Positions 28,580 through 38,661 of a stretch of 64,000 nucleotides of DNA are shown one piece after another. The DNA is from Phycisphaerae bacterium (lineage in GTDB: Bacteria > Planctomycetota > Phycisphaerae > WQYP01): the NCBI GenBank assembly GCA_035545015.1, contig DASZZD010000016.1, positions 13,102-77,101 of the forward strand. Reading direction: 5' to 3'. The notes under the pieces were generated by a model. It ran no database searches and was not told where the DNA came from. It saw only the letters and a program-made list of their open reading frames with translations. Positions within the stretch are counted from its first letter, which is position 1; each line of letters opens with the position of its first letter. The position numbers were made by a program, and so were the translations under genes.

Positions 28580-29503
28580 ATGTCCATGACCGTTTCGCCC
28601 GCGCCCGACCTTGCCGCGTTTTTGAAGGATGCCGCCGCCCGCACGGACGCGTTTCTGAGGAGCTATCTGGAGTCGCTGCGTGAGTCGCCGGCGAAGCTGA
28701 GCGAATCGATCGCGTATTCGCTGTTTGGTCCGGGCAAGCGGATTCGGCCGGCCTTGACGCTGCTGTGTCACGGGGCGGTAGGTGGGAAAGATCCGGCCGC
28801 GGCGCTGCCGGCGGCGGCGGCGGTGGAGATGATCCATTGCTTTTCGCTGATTCACGACGACCTGCCGGCGATGGATGATGATGATCTTCGGCGTGGCCGG
28901 CCGACGAATCACAAGGTGTATGGCGACGCGCTGGCGATCCTGGCCGGGGACGCGCTCAACACGATGGCGTTTGAGGTGATCGCGCGCCAGGTGGACAACG
29001 CGGGTCTTGCGTCGCGGCTGATTTTGGAACTGGCCTATGCGACCGGGCCGGAAGGGATGATCGGGGGGCAGGTTCTGGATACGTGTCACCCGACGGAAGC
29101 GCGGCAGCTTGCCGAAGCGCCGTCGCTGGCCAAGCTGCAGCAGATTCACCGGATGAAGACGGGGGCGTTGATCCGCTGCGCATGCCGCATGGGCGCGCTG
29201 GCGGCGAGCGTCAACGAAGCGACGCTGGCGGCGATCGATACGTATGGGCGTGCGATCGGGCTGGCGTTTCAGATCGTGGATGACATTCTGGACGTGGTGG
29301 CCACGGCGGAGCAGATGGGCAAGAGGACGGGCAAAGACGCGGCGATCGGCAAGCTGACGTATCCGTCGCTGGTGGGTCTGGAGAAGGCGCGCGAGTATCT
29401 GGAGGAGCAGGTGCGCATTGCCGATACGATTTCGGCACAGCTTGGCCCGCACGCGGCGCTGCTGTCTCAGCTCGCCCACGACCTGGCGAATCGGACGCAT
29501 TAA
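28580..29503 (+). CDS. ispA: Polyprenyl (farnesyl/geranylgeranyl) diphosphate synthase
   Basis: GKRIRP, SLIHDDLPAMDDDDLRRG, KTGAL, FQIVDDILD, GKD. Confidence 0.93.
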   Translation: MSMTVSPAPDLAAFLKDAAARTDAFLRSYLESLRESPAKLSESIAYSLFGPGKRIRPALTLLCHGAVGGKDPAAALPAAAAVEMIHCFSLIHDDLPAMDDDDLRRGRPTNHKVYGDALAILAGDALNTMAFEVIARQVDNAGLASRLILELAYATGPEGMIGGQVLDTCHPTEARQLAEAPSLAKLQQIHRMKTGALIRCACRMGALAASVNEATLAAIDTYGRAIGLAFQIVDDILDVVATAEQMGKRTGKDAAIGKLTYPSLVGLEKAREYLEEQVRIADTISAQLGPHAALLSQLAHDLANRTH

Positions 29504-29661
29504 GCGGGCATTGGTTTTTGCGAATGGTGGCCGTGTTTTGAGGCTGCGTTGCAAGCGGCAGTGGCAATCGCCGCGCCTTCCGCAATAATGACCCATGCGA
29601 CCTGCGCCGCCGGCGCAGCGCGACACCGCCGCCCGACCGCCGATGAGGACCACCGCTTCGC

Positions 29662-30399
29662 ATGCTTTGGGTTCGACTGTTTCTCACCCACTTCACGTAT
29701 GTGGCGCTGATTGTGGTGCTCGTTGGCGCCGGTGTGGGTTTGCCGATCCCCGAGGATGTCCCGCTGATTTTTTCGGGCTACCTGTGCAACAAGCATTATT
29801 CGCCGATCGCGTCGGTGATTCCGGCAGCGCCCGGGGAAGCGGAGCAGGACAATCCGGCGACGGATGTGGACAACTCCGACGAGCTCATTCCGCCGCTGGA
29901 CATTACGGCGCGGACGCCGCACATCCTGTTGATGATGCTGGCGGGCATGATCGGCGTGCTGGGGGGCGACTCGGTGGTGTTTTCGATCGGGCGGCGCGGC
30001 ATCACGGGGACGAGCTTCGTGGCGCGGCATCTTCAGAAGGTGATGCACTCGAAGCGGCGGGAAAAGGTGGAGCGGCATTTTGCGCGGCATGGAAACTGGA
30101 CGGTGTTCGCGGGGCGATTTTTTCCCGGCGCACGTTCGGTGGTCTTCGCTTTTGCCGGCATGTCGCGCATGAGCTACCTGCGCTTCGTGATCATCGACGG
30201 CATGGCGGCGGCGATATCGGTGCCGCTGTTCATTTTTATCGGCTACCGGTTTGCCGGAAAAATCGAGAGGATTTTTCGCGAGATCGAGCGGGTGCGGCAT
30301 ATCGTGATTCCGGTCGTGGCGGTGGTGGCGGTGGTGCTGCTGGGGGCGTGGCTGGTGCGGCGGCGGCGGGCGGCACATGCGGCGGTTCATCAGAGCTGA
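29662..30399 (+). CDS. DedA family membrane protein
   Basis: GLPIPEDV, GDSVVFSIGR, FAGRFFPGAR, AGMSRM. Confidence 0.92.
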   Translation: MLWVRLFLTHFTYVALIVVLVGAGVGLPIPEDVPLIFSGYLCNKHYSPIASVIPAAPGEAEQDNPATDVDNSDELIPPLDITARTPHILLMMLAGMIGVLGGDSVVFSIGRRGITGTSFVARHLQKVMHSKRREKVERHFARHGNWTVFAGRFFPGARSVVFAFAGMSRMSYLRFVIIDGMAAAISVPLFIFIGYRFAGKIERIFREIERVRHIVIPVVAVVAVVLLGAWLVRRRRAAHAAVHQS

Positions 30400-30466
30400 G
30401 CGCGCCCGGGCTTGCCGCCCTTTTTGTCATGGCGCCTACATTCGTTGGAGGATCGCATTCGTGCGC

Positions 30467-32008
30467 ATGATGGCCTGGGCCTTGAGTGCGCTGTTGCTGC
30501 TGGGCTCGACCGTGCGCGCTGCGCCGCTGGAGCTGGCGCATGCGGATCCGCTGCGCGACAACTCGTGGGAGCTCGTCCGGGTCAACGTCGACGAACTTGC
30601 CGACGGTCCGCCGGCGCTGGGAACGACGATCACGTTGCAGGACGCCCGCGGCGGAATGGCCGTAAGCCGGGGCGCGCCGGCGGCGCGGGCGGGAGCCAGC
30701 GTGCTTTTTCCGCTGCCGGCGGTGGCGACGGGAAATCTTGGCGATCACTGGCCGCTGCGACTGACGATCGCCGGCCGCGATCCGCGGATCATCTCGATTC
30801 CCCTGCCGCCCGCGGTGACGGCTCCGGCGTTTCGGGTGGCGGCGCCGCCGGATGTCGAGAGCATCCGCGCGGCGGGAGCGGTGGCTCCGGCGGGGACGCG
30901 GCTGGAGCTGATTCACATCAGCGATGACGATTATCTGAACGGTTCGCCGTTGCTTTTCGCGGGGATGGACGCCGTTTTTTTGCCACGGCGGATGACGCAG
31001 AATTTTCCGGAGGAGCGTGCCGCCGCGATCGCCGGCGCGGGACCGAGGCTGATTGCCCCGGAGGATGAGGAGGCGGGCCTGGGGTCGCTTCGCCGCATGG
31101 CGTGGGTGCGTCTTCTGGATGGGAAGGGGGCCCCCGTGGCGGATCTGCTGTGGCGTTTTCCGTCGGGCGATCAGCGCTCGCTTGCCGCGAGCATCGCGCC
31201 GCGGGTTGCGCCCATCCAAGCGGGATTGGATCATGTTCCCGGATTGCTCGCCCCCCCCACCGCAGGCATGCGCACGCGGCGGGTGATTGTCCTTGTGCCG
31301 CTGGCGGCGCTGGTGGTGCTGCTGCTGGCGCGCGGGCTTTTTCGGCGCGGAGCGCTGATGCTGGCGGTGACCGGCGCGGCCATGGTGGCGCTGCTCGCCG
31401 GCGCGTTGCGACTGCTGCAAACCGATGCGGCGCCGATCGTGCGCAGCGCACATTGGATCGACGGCGGCGGGGGTTTGCGCGTGGACGAATCGCTCACGGC
31501 CACGGCTTCGTTCTTTCGCATGACCCTGCGTCAGCATGCCGATCCGGGCCAGGTGCTGGCGCCGCTCTGGCCAAGCGCGGAGGATTTTTTCGCAGAGGCG
31601 TGCACGCTGGATCTCGATCAGGCGACCGACACGCAGGTTCCAACGCCGGCGGGATCGCGGGGGTCGCTGCTGACGGTTTCGATCCCGCCGCGGCAGGGGG
31701 TGGTCGTTTTGAGCCGGGGAGGGCAGAGTGCGGTGGGGTTCCGCGCCGCCGCGGACATGCAACATCCCAACGACACGGCGCCCGCGTGGTGGATCGTGGC
31801 GGGCCACATGGTGAATGCGGCCGGTCCACCGCCGGGCGAAAGGGATGCGCTGGCGGGCCCCGCGCTGTCGGAATGGTTTGCCGACCAGAGTCCCGCCACG
31901 GCCGACTTGCGCGCGTGGTACGAGCTGCGGTTTGACGCCCATCGGCGGTATCTGCTGTCGCAGGCGCCTTACGCGGCTCCCGAGATCATCACGGTGTTGC
32001 CGCGCTAG
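30467..32008 (+). CDS. Hypothetical membrane protein
   Basis: Signal peptide and two central TM segments; co-oriented with flanking genes. Confidence 0.6.
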   Translation: MMAWALSALLLLGSTVRAAPLELAHADPLRDNSWELVRVNVDELADGPPALGTTITLQDARGGMAVSRGAPAARAGASVLFPLPAVATGNLGDHWPLRLTIAGRDPRIISIPLPPAVTAPAFRVAAPPDVESIRAAGAVAPAGTRLELIHISDDDYLNGSPLLFAGMDAVFLPRRMTQNFPEERAAAIAGAGPRLIAPEDEEAGLGSLRRMAWVRLLDGKGAPVADLLWRFPSGDQRSLAASIAPRVAPIQAGLDHVPGLLAPPTAGMRTRRVIVLVPLAALVVLLLARGLFRRGALMLAVTGAAMVALLAGALRLLQTDAAPIVRSAHWIDGGGGLRVDESLTATASFFRMTLRQHADPGQVLAPLWPSAEDFFAEACTLDLDQATDTQVPTPAGSRGSLLTVSIPPRQGVVVLSRGGQSAVGFRAAADMQHPNDTAPAWWIVAGHMVNAAGPPPGERDALAGPALSEWFADQSPATADLRAWYELRFDAHRRYLLSQAPYAAPEIITVLPR

Positions 32009-32099
32009 CTGCGCCGCTCGACCGTGCGGGAATGCGGTTTCCTTGACAGTCCGCACCGCGTTCTCTACAAGCAAGGCTGCTATTGCGCCCTGCGATGAG

Positions 32100-32927
32100 G
32101 TGGCTGTGACCGGCAGTGTTGAACGGCTCGGAAAGCGCGGACTCGACTGGGTGGACGCTCTGGGGGATTACGGGCGCTTCAGCGGGGCCATTTGCGGGTG
32201 GATTTTTCGGGGGCCCGGGCGTTTCGCACGCCGGCAGATTCTCGTGCAGATGTATGAAGTGGGCACGCTGTCGATTCCGGTGGTGATGATCACGGGCGCG
32301 TTCATCGGCGCAGTGCTGGCCATCGAAGCACATCCGCAGTTCAAGGCGATCGGCCTGGAGTCGCGCATCGGTTCGGTCATCAACGTGTCGGTGGTCAAGC
32401 AGATCGGCCCCGTGCTCACCGGCGTGATGCTGGCCGGCCGGGTGGGCGGGGCGCTGACGGCGGAACTGGGGACGATGAAGGTCACCGAGCAGATTGACGC
32501 GCTGCGCGCGATGGCGACCGATCCGATTCGCGTGCTGGCGGTGCCGCGATTCGCCGCCTGCCTCATCATGATGCCGATCCTCACCATTTTTTCCGACCTG
32601 CTGGGGATGTTCGGCGGGTGGTTCATGTCGGTGCACATGCTGGGGGTGGATGCCGCGGCTTATTGGCAGAATTCGATTGATTCGCTGGATCTTTACACGA
32701 TCAACACGGGGTTTCTCAAGGCGTTATTTTTCGGCGCCGCCATCGCATCGATCGGATGTTACAAAGGGTTTCATTGCGGTTCGGGCGCCCAGGGCGTCGG
32801 GCGCGCGTGCACCGAGGCCTTTGTCGCTTCCTTCGTGACGATCCTGGTGATGAACTTCTTCATCGCGATGGCCATGAATTCGATCTATATCATGTTCTGG
32901 CCCAACACGGGGAGCATCCTCGGATGA
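32100..32927 (+). CDS. mlaE: MlaE-family ABC permease
   Basis: GPVLTGVMLAGRVGGALTAELGTMKVTEQIDALRAM, VPRF, GAQGVGRA. Confidence 0.92.
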   Translation: MAVTGSVERLGKRGLDWVDALGDYGRFSGAICGWIFRGPGRFARRQILVQMYEVGTLSIPVVMITGAFIGAVLAIEAHPQFKAIGLESRIGSVINVSVVKQIGPVLTGVMLAGRVGGALTAELGTMKVTEQIDALRAMATDPIRVLAVPRFAACLIMMPILTIFSDLLGMFGGWFMSVHMLGVDAAAYWQNSIDSLDLYTINTGFLKALFFGAAIASIGCYKGFHCGSGAQGVGRACTEAFVASFVTILVMNFFIAMAMNSIYIMFWPNTGSILG

Positions 32928-33751
32928 CCTCCCCTCCCTCCACTTTACCATCGCCTGCCGCGTCGTCCGTCGATTCCTGCCCCATGCATATGCGGCTGGT
33001 GAACGTGCACAAAAGCTTCGGATCGCTGGTGGTGCTCAACGGCCTGAGCCTGGACATCCACGAGCGCGAGTCGGTCGTGATCCTCGGCCCCTCGGGCACG
33101 GGAAAATCGGTCCTGCTCAAACACCTGGTGGGTCTGCTGAAACCGGACTCCGGCGAGGTCTTCTTCCGCGACATGCGCATCGACACGCTGCCCGAACGGC
33201 AGCTCGAACCCATCCGCGAGCACTTCGGCTTTCTTTTCCAGATGGGGGCGTTGTTCGATTCCATGAGCGTTTTCGAGAATATCGCTTTCCCGATGCGCGA
33301 GCACCGGCGCTATCCGGAGCGGGAAGTGCGCGACCGCGTGGCGCAGAAACTGGCCATGGTCGGTCTCGACGGCACGCAATCCAAGATGCCCGGGGAACTT
33401 TCCGGGGGCATGAAAAAGCGCGTCGCCCTGGCCCGCGCGATCGCCCTCGATCCCGAAGTGGTCCTGTACGATGAGCCCACCACCGGGCTTGATCCGATCC
33501 GCTCGGATGTGATCAACGAGCTGATTCTCAAGCTCAATGACGAACTGCATGTCACGTCGGTGGTGGTGACGCACGACATGGCGTCGGCGTTCAAAGTGGG
33601 CGATCGGCTGGTGATGTTGTCGGAGGGCAAGGTCATTGCGGAAGGCAAGCCGGACGATTTCCGCCACTCGACCAACGAGGAGGTGCGCCGCTTCGTGGAC
33701 GGCAAAGCCAGTCCGGACGAGCTCGCCGCCCTCGAGCGTAAAAGGCGCTGA
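32924..33751 (+). CDS. mlaF: MlaF-family ABC ATP-binding protein
   Basis: GPSGTGKS, FQMGALFDS, LSGGMKKR, LYDEPTTGLDP. Confidence 0.92.
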   Translation: MTSPPSTLPSPAASSVDSCPMHMRLVNVHKSFGSLVVLNGLSLDIHERESVVILGPSGTGKSVLLKHLVGLLKPDSGEVFFRDMRIDTLPERQLEPIREHFGFLFQMGALFDSMSVFENIAFPMREHRRYPEREVRDRVAQKLAMVGLDGTQSKMPGELSGGMKKRVALARAIALDPEVVLYDEPTTGLDPIRSDVINELILKLNDELHVTSVVVTHDMASAFKVGDRLVMLSEGKVIAEGKPDDFRHSTNEEVRRFVDGKASPDELAALERKRR

Positions 33752-33866
33752 GCTCTTGCCGCCACGTCCCGCCTGCGTACCATGGGTGGAACTTCGCAAC
33801 AATAATCCGGCTCCCGCTTCGTTTGCCTGTGATACGACCTTTCACATGCCTGGCCTTGAGGTTCTT

Positions 33867-36800
33867 ATGCGCAACATTCCCTTGCTGCTTGCCGCCGCCG
33901 TTCTCTCCGCCGCGCCCGCGTTCGCGGCCGGGCCGGTCACCGTTACGGACCTCCAGGTGGAGCACGCCGCGCAACCCGTCGGCATCGGCGTGACGGCCCC
34001 GCGCTTCTCCTGGAAGATCATCTCCGACCATCCGGGCGCCAAACAAACCGCCTACGAAATCATCGCCAGCCCCAGGCATTACGGTCCTCTGGCGGGCGAG
34101 ATCACTCCGCTCTGGTCCTCCGGGAAGGTTGATTCCGATCAATCCGTTCTGGTTCCATGGGGGGGCAAACCGCTCGATTCGCGCGCGGATGTCGAGTGGA
34201 AGGTCCGCATCTGGGACGAAACCGGCGCCCCCACCGAATGGTCGGCCCCCGCGTCGTTCGAGCTGGGCATTCTCGATCCGGCCAAGGAGTGGAAGGGCCA
34301 GTGGATCACCTCCGAGCTTCCGCGCGTGGACATGATGGCCGAGCCTCTGGCCAAGACCCATTGGGTCTCCGGCGGCGCGGCGGCGAACCAATCCACGGGC
34401 ATCCGGAAGATCATCGAGGTCCCCGAGGGCGCCAAGATCCTCTCGGCCACCTGTGATGCCAACGCCGACGGGCTGATCGCCCTGTACGTCAACGGCAACG
34501 CCATCAAGCAGGGGCCCTCCAGCCACACCGCTCCGTTCCATGCCGACTTCATTACCGATCTCAAGCCCGGCAAGAACACCGTCGCGATTTTTTCGCTTGC
34601 CGTGCGCCGGCCCACGCCGCAGGACAAGCGCAACGCCATCGCCGCGCACCTCACCATTGATCTCGCCGACGGCCAGCATCTTGAAGCGGTTACCGATGGC
34701 GACTGGAAAGCCACCGTCGCGCCCGAGGGCAACTGGTACGCCACGGACTACGACGACTCCTCGTGGAAGCCCGCCTCCGACCTCGGCCCTTATGACGCCA
34801 GCAAGGTGGCCCCGTCCGCCGACAGCACGCTGGGTCCCGGCCGGTACATGCGCCGCGATTTTTCGATCTCCAAGCCCATCGCCAAGGCCCGGCTTTATTA
34901 CACGGCGTTGGGCACGTGCGAGCCGGCCATCAACGGCAAGCGCATCAACGACCATCTGCTCGATCCGGGCTGGACGGAATATTCCAAGCGCACGATGGTG
35001 CGCGAGCAGGATGTCACCAACCTGCTTACGCAGGGGCAGAATGCTGTCGGCGTGGTGCTTGCCGATGGCTGGTTCGCCGGGCGCGTCGGCTGGGCGGGTT
35101 TGGCGCAGTATTCCCAGATCAGCCGCCGGCCGCTGTTCAACGCCCAGCTTGAAATCACCTACACCGACGGCACCACGGACACCATCGCCACGGACGGTTC
35201 GTGGAAATTCGGCGACGGCCAGATCGTCGGCAGCGACCAGCAGCTCGGCGAAATCATCGACGATCGCAAACCGGGCCTCGAATGCACCGTTCCTTCGTTC
35301 GACGACTCCCAGTGGAAACCCGCGGTCGTCGACAGCAATATTCAGGTTCCCCTCACGCCCTCCGTCGGGCCGCCGGTCACCGTCCTCACCGAACTCAAGC
35401 CCGTCAAGATCAACCGCTTCGGGGACACGTTCGTCGTCGACTTCGGCCAGAACATGGTCGGCCACGTGCGCATCACGGCCAACGGCAAGCCCGGCACCGA
35501 AATCACCGTCTCTCACGGCGAAATGCTGCAACCCGACGGCACCATCTACAACGAGAATCTCCGCCAGGCCATTTCCATCGACAAGTTCATCCTCAAAGGC
35601 AACGGCTCGGAAACGCTCGAACCCCAGTTCACCTTTCACGGGTTCCGCTACGCCCAGATCACCGGATACCCCGGCGATCTCAACCCGGACGACATCAAGG
35701 CCATCGTGATCTCCTCCGATTGCCCCACCACCGGCACGTTCGAATGCTCGAACCCGGAGGTGAACCGCCTCTACGAAAACACCGTCTGGGGCATGCGCAG
35801 CAATTACATCTCGATCCCCACCGATTGCCCGCAGCGCGACGAGCGCATGGGCTGGATGGGCGACGCGCAGGTTTTCGCCCCCACCGCCGCGCGCCATGCC
35901 GACGTCTCGGGGTTCTTCATGAAGTGGATGCAGGATGTCGATGACGGGCAGAACGCCAATGGCTCGTTCAACAATGTCAACCCGCGCGCCCGCGAGTCGC
36001 AGTCTTATCCCGTCTGGGCGGATGCCGGCGTCGTGATCCCCTGGACGATGTACACCACGTATGGCGACCCCGCGTTCCTCTCGATCAACTACTCCAATAT
36101 GCAGCGCTACGTCGATTACGAAGAGCGCACCTACACCAACCTCATGCCCACCGGCGGCGTCGGCGACCACCTCGCGCCCATGGGCCAGCGGGGAGGCGGT
36201 CCTGGCCGCGGCGGCGCTCGGCAGGGCGCTGCACTCCCACTTTCCGACGGCACTTACTTCACCGCCGCACCCGCGGCCGGCGCCGGCGCGGGAGCCGCGC
36301 GCGGGCGCGGACGGGGCTTCGGCCGCGGCGGCTTTGGTCGCGGCGGACGGGGCTTCGGCGGACCCAGCGTCACCACCATCGTCGATACCGCCTACTTCGC
36401 CCACTGCGCCTGGATCGTTTCCCAATCCGCCACCATCCTCGGCAAACCCGACGACGCCAAAAAATACGACGACCTCTATCACCGCATCTGCGACACCTTC
36501 ACCAAAAACTTCGTCCAGCCCGACGGCTCCATGCCCGCCGGATCGCAGACCACCTATTGCCTCGCCCTCGAATTCAACCTCGTCCCCGACACGATGCGCG
36601 CGTCGCTCATGAAACACCTCACCGACGACATCGACCAGCGACAGCACCTCTCCACCGGCTTCGTCGGCGTCGGCTACATCAACCTCGTCCTCGGACAGCA
36701 CGACCGCTCCGACGAAGCCTACAAGCTCCTCCTCACCGACACCTACCCAAGCTGGCTCTATGAAGTGAAAAACGGCGCCACCACGATGTGGGAACGCTGG

Positions 36801-37229
36801 GACGGCTGGACCGACACCGGCGGCTTCCAGTCCTCCTCCATGAACTCCTTCAACCACTACTCCTTCGGCGGCGTCGGACGGTGGATGTACGAAGGCATGG
36901 AAGGCATCACGCTCGACGAAGCCCACCCCGGCTACAAACAATTCCTCCTCCAGCCCGAGTTTTCCTCCTCGATGTCCTACGTCAAAGGCTCCATTGACTC
37001 CCCCTACGGCAAGATCGTTTCCAATTGGCGCATCGACGGCGACAACCTTATCTACGATGTCACCGTGCCGCCGAATTCCAGCGCCATCATGACCCTGCCC
37101 GTGTCCGCCGCCAACCTCAAATCCAGCGGCGATCCCACCGGCAAGATCGAGGAAAAAGACGGCTCCGTGAGCGTTCCGCTCCCCGCCGGCACCTATCAGT
37201 TCACGATGCCCAAGACCGTCGCGAAGTGA
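33867..37229 (+). CDS. Secreted alpha-L-rhamnosidase (GH78)
   Basis: PRFSW, DFGQNMVG, FTFHGFRY, PTDCPQRDERMGWMGDAQ, GATTMWERW, MNSFNHYSFG. Confidence 0.95.
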   Translation: MRNIPLLLAAAVLSAAPAFAAGPVTVTDLQVEHAAQPVGIGVTAPRFSWKIISDHPGAKQTAYEIIASPRHYGPLAGEITPLWSSGKVDSDQSVLVPWGGKPLDSRADVEWKVRIWDETGAPTEWSAPASFELGILDPAKEWKGQWITSELPRVDMMAEPLAKTHWVSGGAAANQSTGIRKIIEVPEGAKILSATCDANADGLIALYVNGNAIKQGPSSHTAPFHADFITDLKPGKNTVAIFSLAVRRPTPQDKRNAIAAHLTIDLADGQHLEAVTDGDWKATVAPEGNWYATDYDDSSWKPASDLGPYDASKVAPSADSTLGPGRYMRRDFSISKPIAKARLYYTALGTCEPAINGKRINDHLLDPGWTEYSKRTMVREQDVTNLLTQGQNAVGVVLADGWFAGRVGWAGLAQYSQISRRPLFNAQLEITYTDGTTDTIATDGSWKFGDGQIVGSDQQLGEIIDDRKPGLECTVPSFDDSQWKPAVVDSNIQVPLTPSVGPPVTVLTELKPVKINRFGDTFVVDFGQNMVGHVRITANGKPGTEITVSHGEMLQPDGTIYNENLRQAISIDKFILKGNGSETLEPQFTFHGFRYAQITGYPGDLNPDDIKAIVISSDCPTTGTFECSNPEVNRLYENTVWGMRSNYISIPTDCPQRDERMGWMGDAQVFAPTAARHADVSGFFMKWMQDVDDGQNANGSFNNVNPRARESQSYPVWADAGVVIPWTMYTTYGDPAFLSINYSNMQRYVDYEERTYTNLMPTGGVGDHLAPMGQRGGGPGRGGARQGAALPLSDGTYFTAAPAAGAGAGAARGRGRGFGRGGFGRGGRGFGGPSVTTIVDTAYFAHCAWIVSQSATILGKPDDAKKYDDLYHRICDTFTKNFVQPDGSMPAGSQTTYCLALEFNLVPDTMRASLMKHLTDDIDQRQHLSTGFVGVGYINLVLGQHDRSDEAYKLLLTDTYPSWLYEVKNGATTMWERWDGWTDTGGFQSSSMNSFNHYSFGGVGRWMYEGMEGITLDEAHPGYKQFLLQPEFSSSMSYVKGSIDSPYGKIVSNWRIDGDNLIYDVTVPPNSSAIMTLPVSAANLKSSGDPTGKIEEKDGSVSVPLPAGTYQFTMPKTVAK

Positions 37230-37232
37230 TCC

Positions 37233-38501
37233 GTGAGCCCGCTGCTCATTGGCCTTCTTGCGGGCGCCGCCCTGGTGAGCGCGATGTGGCTCTACGCCCT
37301 GCTGCTGCCCTCGCAGTGGCGCGCCATCCGCTTCCTCTATGACGTCGGCGATTCCCCCGCCGTCACCAACAACGGCTTCCCCCACGATGACGCCCCCGCC
37401 GTTTATGCCGGCGATCCCGATCCCTGGCCCGACGTCCTGATCATCGCCCCGGGCCGCAACGAGGGGCACCTTCTCGAAAAGACCATCGGCTCGCTGTGCG
37501 CGATGACCTACCCGCGCTTCCGCGTGGTGTTCGTCGATGATCAATCCACCGACAACACGCGTGAAGTCTGCGAAAAACTCGCCGCCCGTTTCCCGCACTT
37601 TTCCGTCATTCACAACATCACTCCCCCGCCGCCGGGCTGGATCGGCAAAACCTGGGCCGTCGCGCAGGCCGAACCGCTGACGCAATCCGCCGAGTGGATC
37701 CTTTTCACGGATTCCGACCTCGAGTATCACCCCGAGTGCCTCACCCAGGCGGTCCGGCTTCAGCACCACCGCAGCGCCGATCTGGTCAGCTTTCTGCCCG
37801 CGCTCAAATTCGAAACCCTCGGCGAACTCCTCGGCCTTCTGCCCGCCATGACCCTTATCTGCATCAAGATCCCGCTCGCCGCCGCCAATGATCCGGCCGA
37901 TTCCCGCGCCCTGATCGCCGGAGGCTTCTTTCTGATCCGGGGCGAACTCTACCGCCACCTCCGGGGGCACAGCGGCGTGCGCGGGCAGGTCATCGAGGAC
38001 ATCGCCTTCGGCCAGCGCGCCAAGGCCGCGGGCAAGCGCGTCTTCACCGCCGCCACCCATACGCTCTTCTCCGCCCGCATGTACGAAGGCTGGGCGGACA
38101 CCTACAACGGTCTGAAGAAAAACGCCTACGCCGGCGCCAATTACCGCCCGCTGGCGATCCTCCCGATCACGTTTTTCCTGCTTTTCATCGGCGCCCTGGT
38201 CCCCGCCTACGCCCTCGCCGCCGCCATCGCCTGCATTCTCCACCCGACGCCTGTCACCATCGCCCTGCTGGCCGTCACGCTCACCGGCTTCGCCGCCCAA
38301 CTCGCCGTGGGCATCCGCTCGGCCTGGTTTCTCTCGCTGCGTCCGCTCACCGCCTTCGCGCTGGCCCCGGGATTCGCCTTTTACGCCCTGATCTTCCTCG
38401 CCTCCGTCCTCGATCACTACCGCGGCGGCAACACCTGGGCCGGCCGCCGCATGGCCCCCCAAAACGTCCGGTCCCTCGCGCAGACCGACCGCGACGGATA
38501 A
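37233..38501 (+). CDS. GT2 glycosyltransferase (HpnB/carotenoid-GT-like)
   Basis: PGRNE, DDQSTD, PPGWIGK, FTDSD, IEDIAFG, RMYEG; C-terminal TMs. Confidence 0.88.
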   Translation: MSPLLIGLLAGAALVSAMWLYALLLPSQWRAIRFLYDVGDSPAVTNNGFPHDDAPAVYAGDPDPWPDVLIIAPGRNEGHLLEKTIGSLCAMTYPRFRVVFVDDQSTDNTREVCEKLAARFPHFSVIHNITPPPPGWIGKTWAVAQAEPLTQSAEWILFTDSDLEYHPECLTQAVRLQHHRSADLVSFLPALKFETLGELLGLLPAMTLICIKIPLAAANDPADSRALIAGGFFLIRGELYRHLRGHSGVRGQVIEDIAFGQRAKAAGKRVFTAATHTLFSARMYEGWADTYNGLKKNAYAGANYRPLAILPITFFLLFIGALVPAYALAAAIACILHPTPVTIALLAVTLTGFAAQLAVGIRSAWFLSLRPLTAFALAPGFAFYALIFLASVLDHYRGGNTWAGRRMAPQNVRSLAQTDRDG

Positions 38502-38504
38502 ACC

Positions 38505-38661
38505 GTCCACAAATTTTCACAAATCAACACAACTATGTTTTCTATATGTGACTGGCTCGCACCCACCGGTTCCCTCACTCCAACCCTATTTTCGTGTCCG
38601 TCGTGCTTTTCATGGCAGGTTACTGTGATTCGTGTCCATTCGTGCGCATTCGTGGACAATT
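38505..38661. repeat. Facing decamer-triplet repeats between convergent genes
   Basis: gtccacaaattttcacaaatcaacacaa facing attcgtgtcc-attcgtgcgc-attcgtggacaatt. Confidence 0.6.

Noticed and set aside
32100-33751. mlaE-mlaF without adjacent mlaD
   Set aside because: Split mla loci are common; mlaD may lie elsewhere
33633-38510. 1625-aa ORF on the minus strand
   Set aside because: Antisense shadow of the GH78 and GT2 genes; high-GC codon bias removes stops on the opposite strand; no motifs
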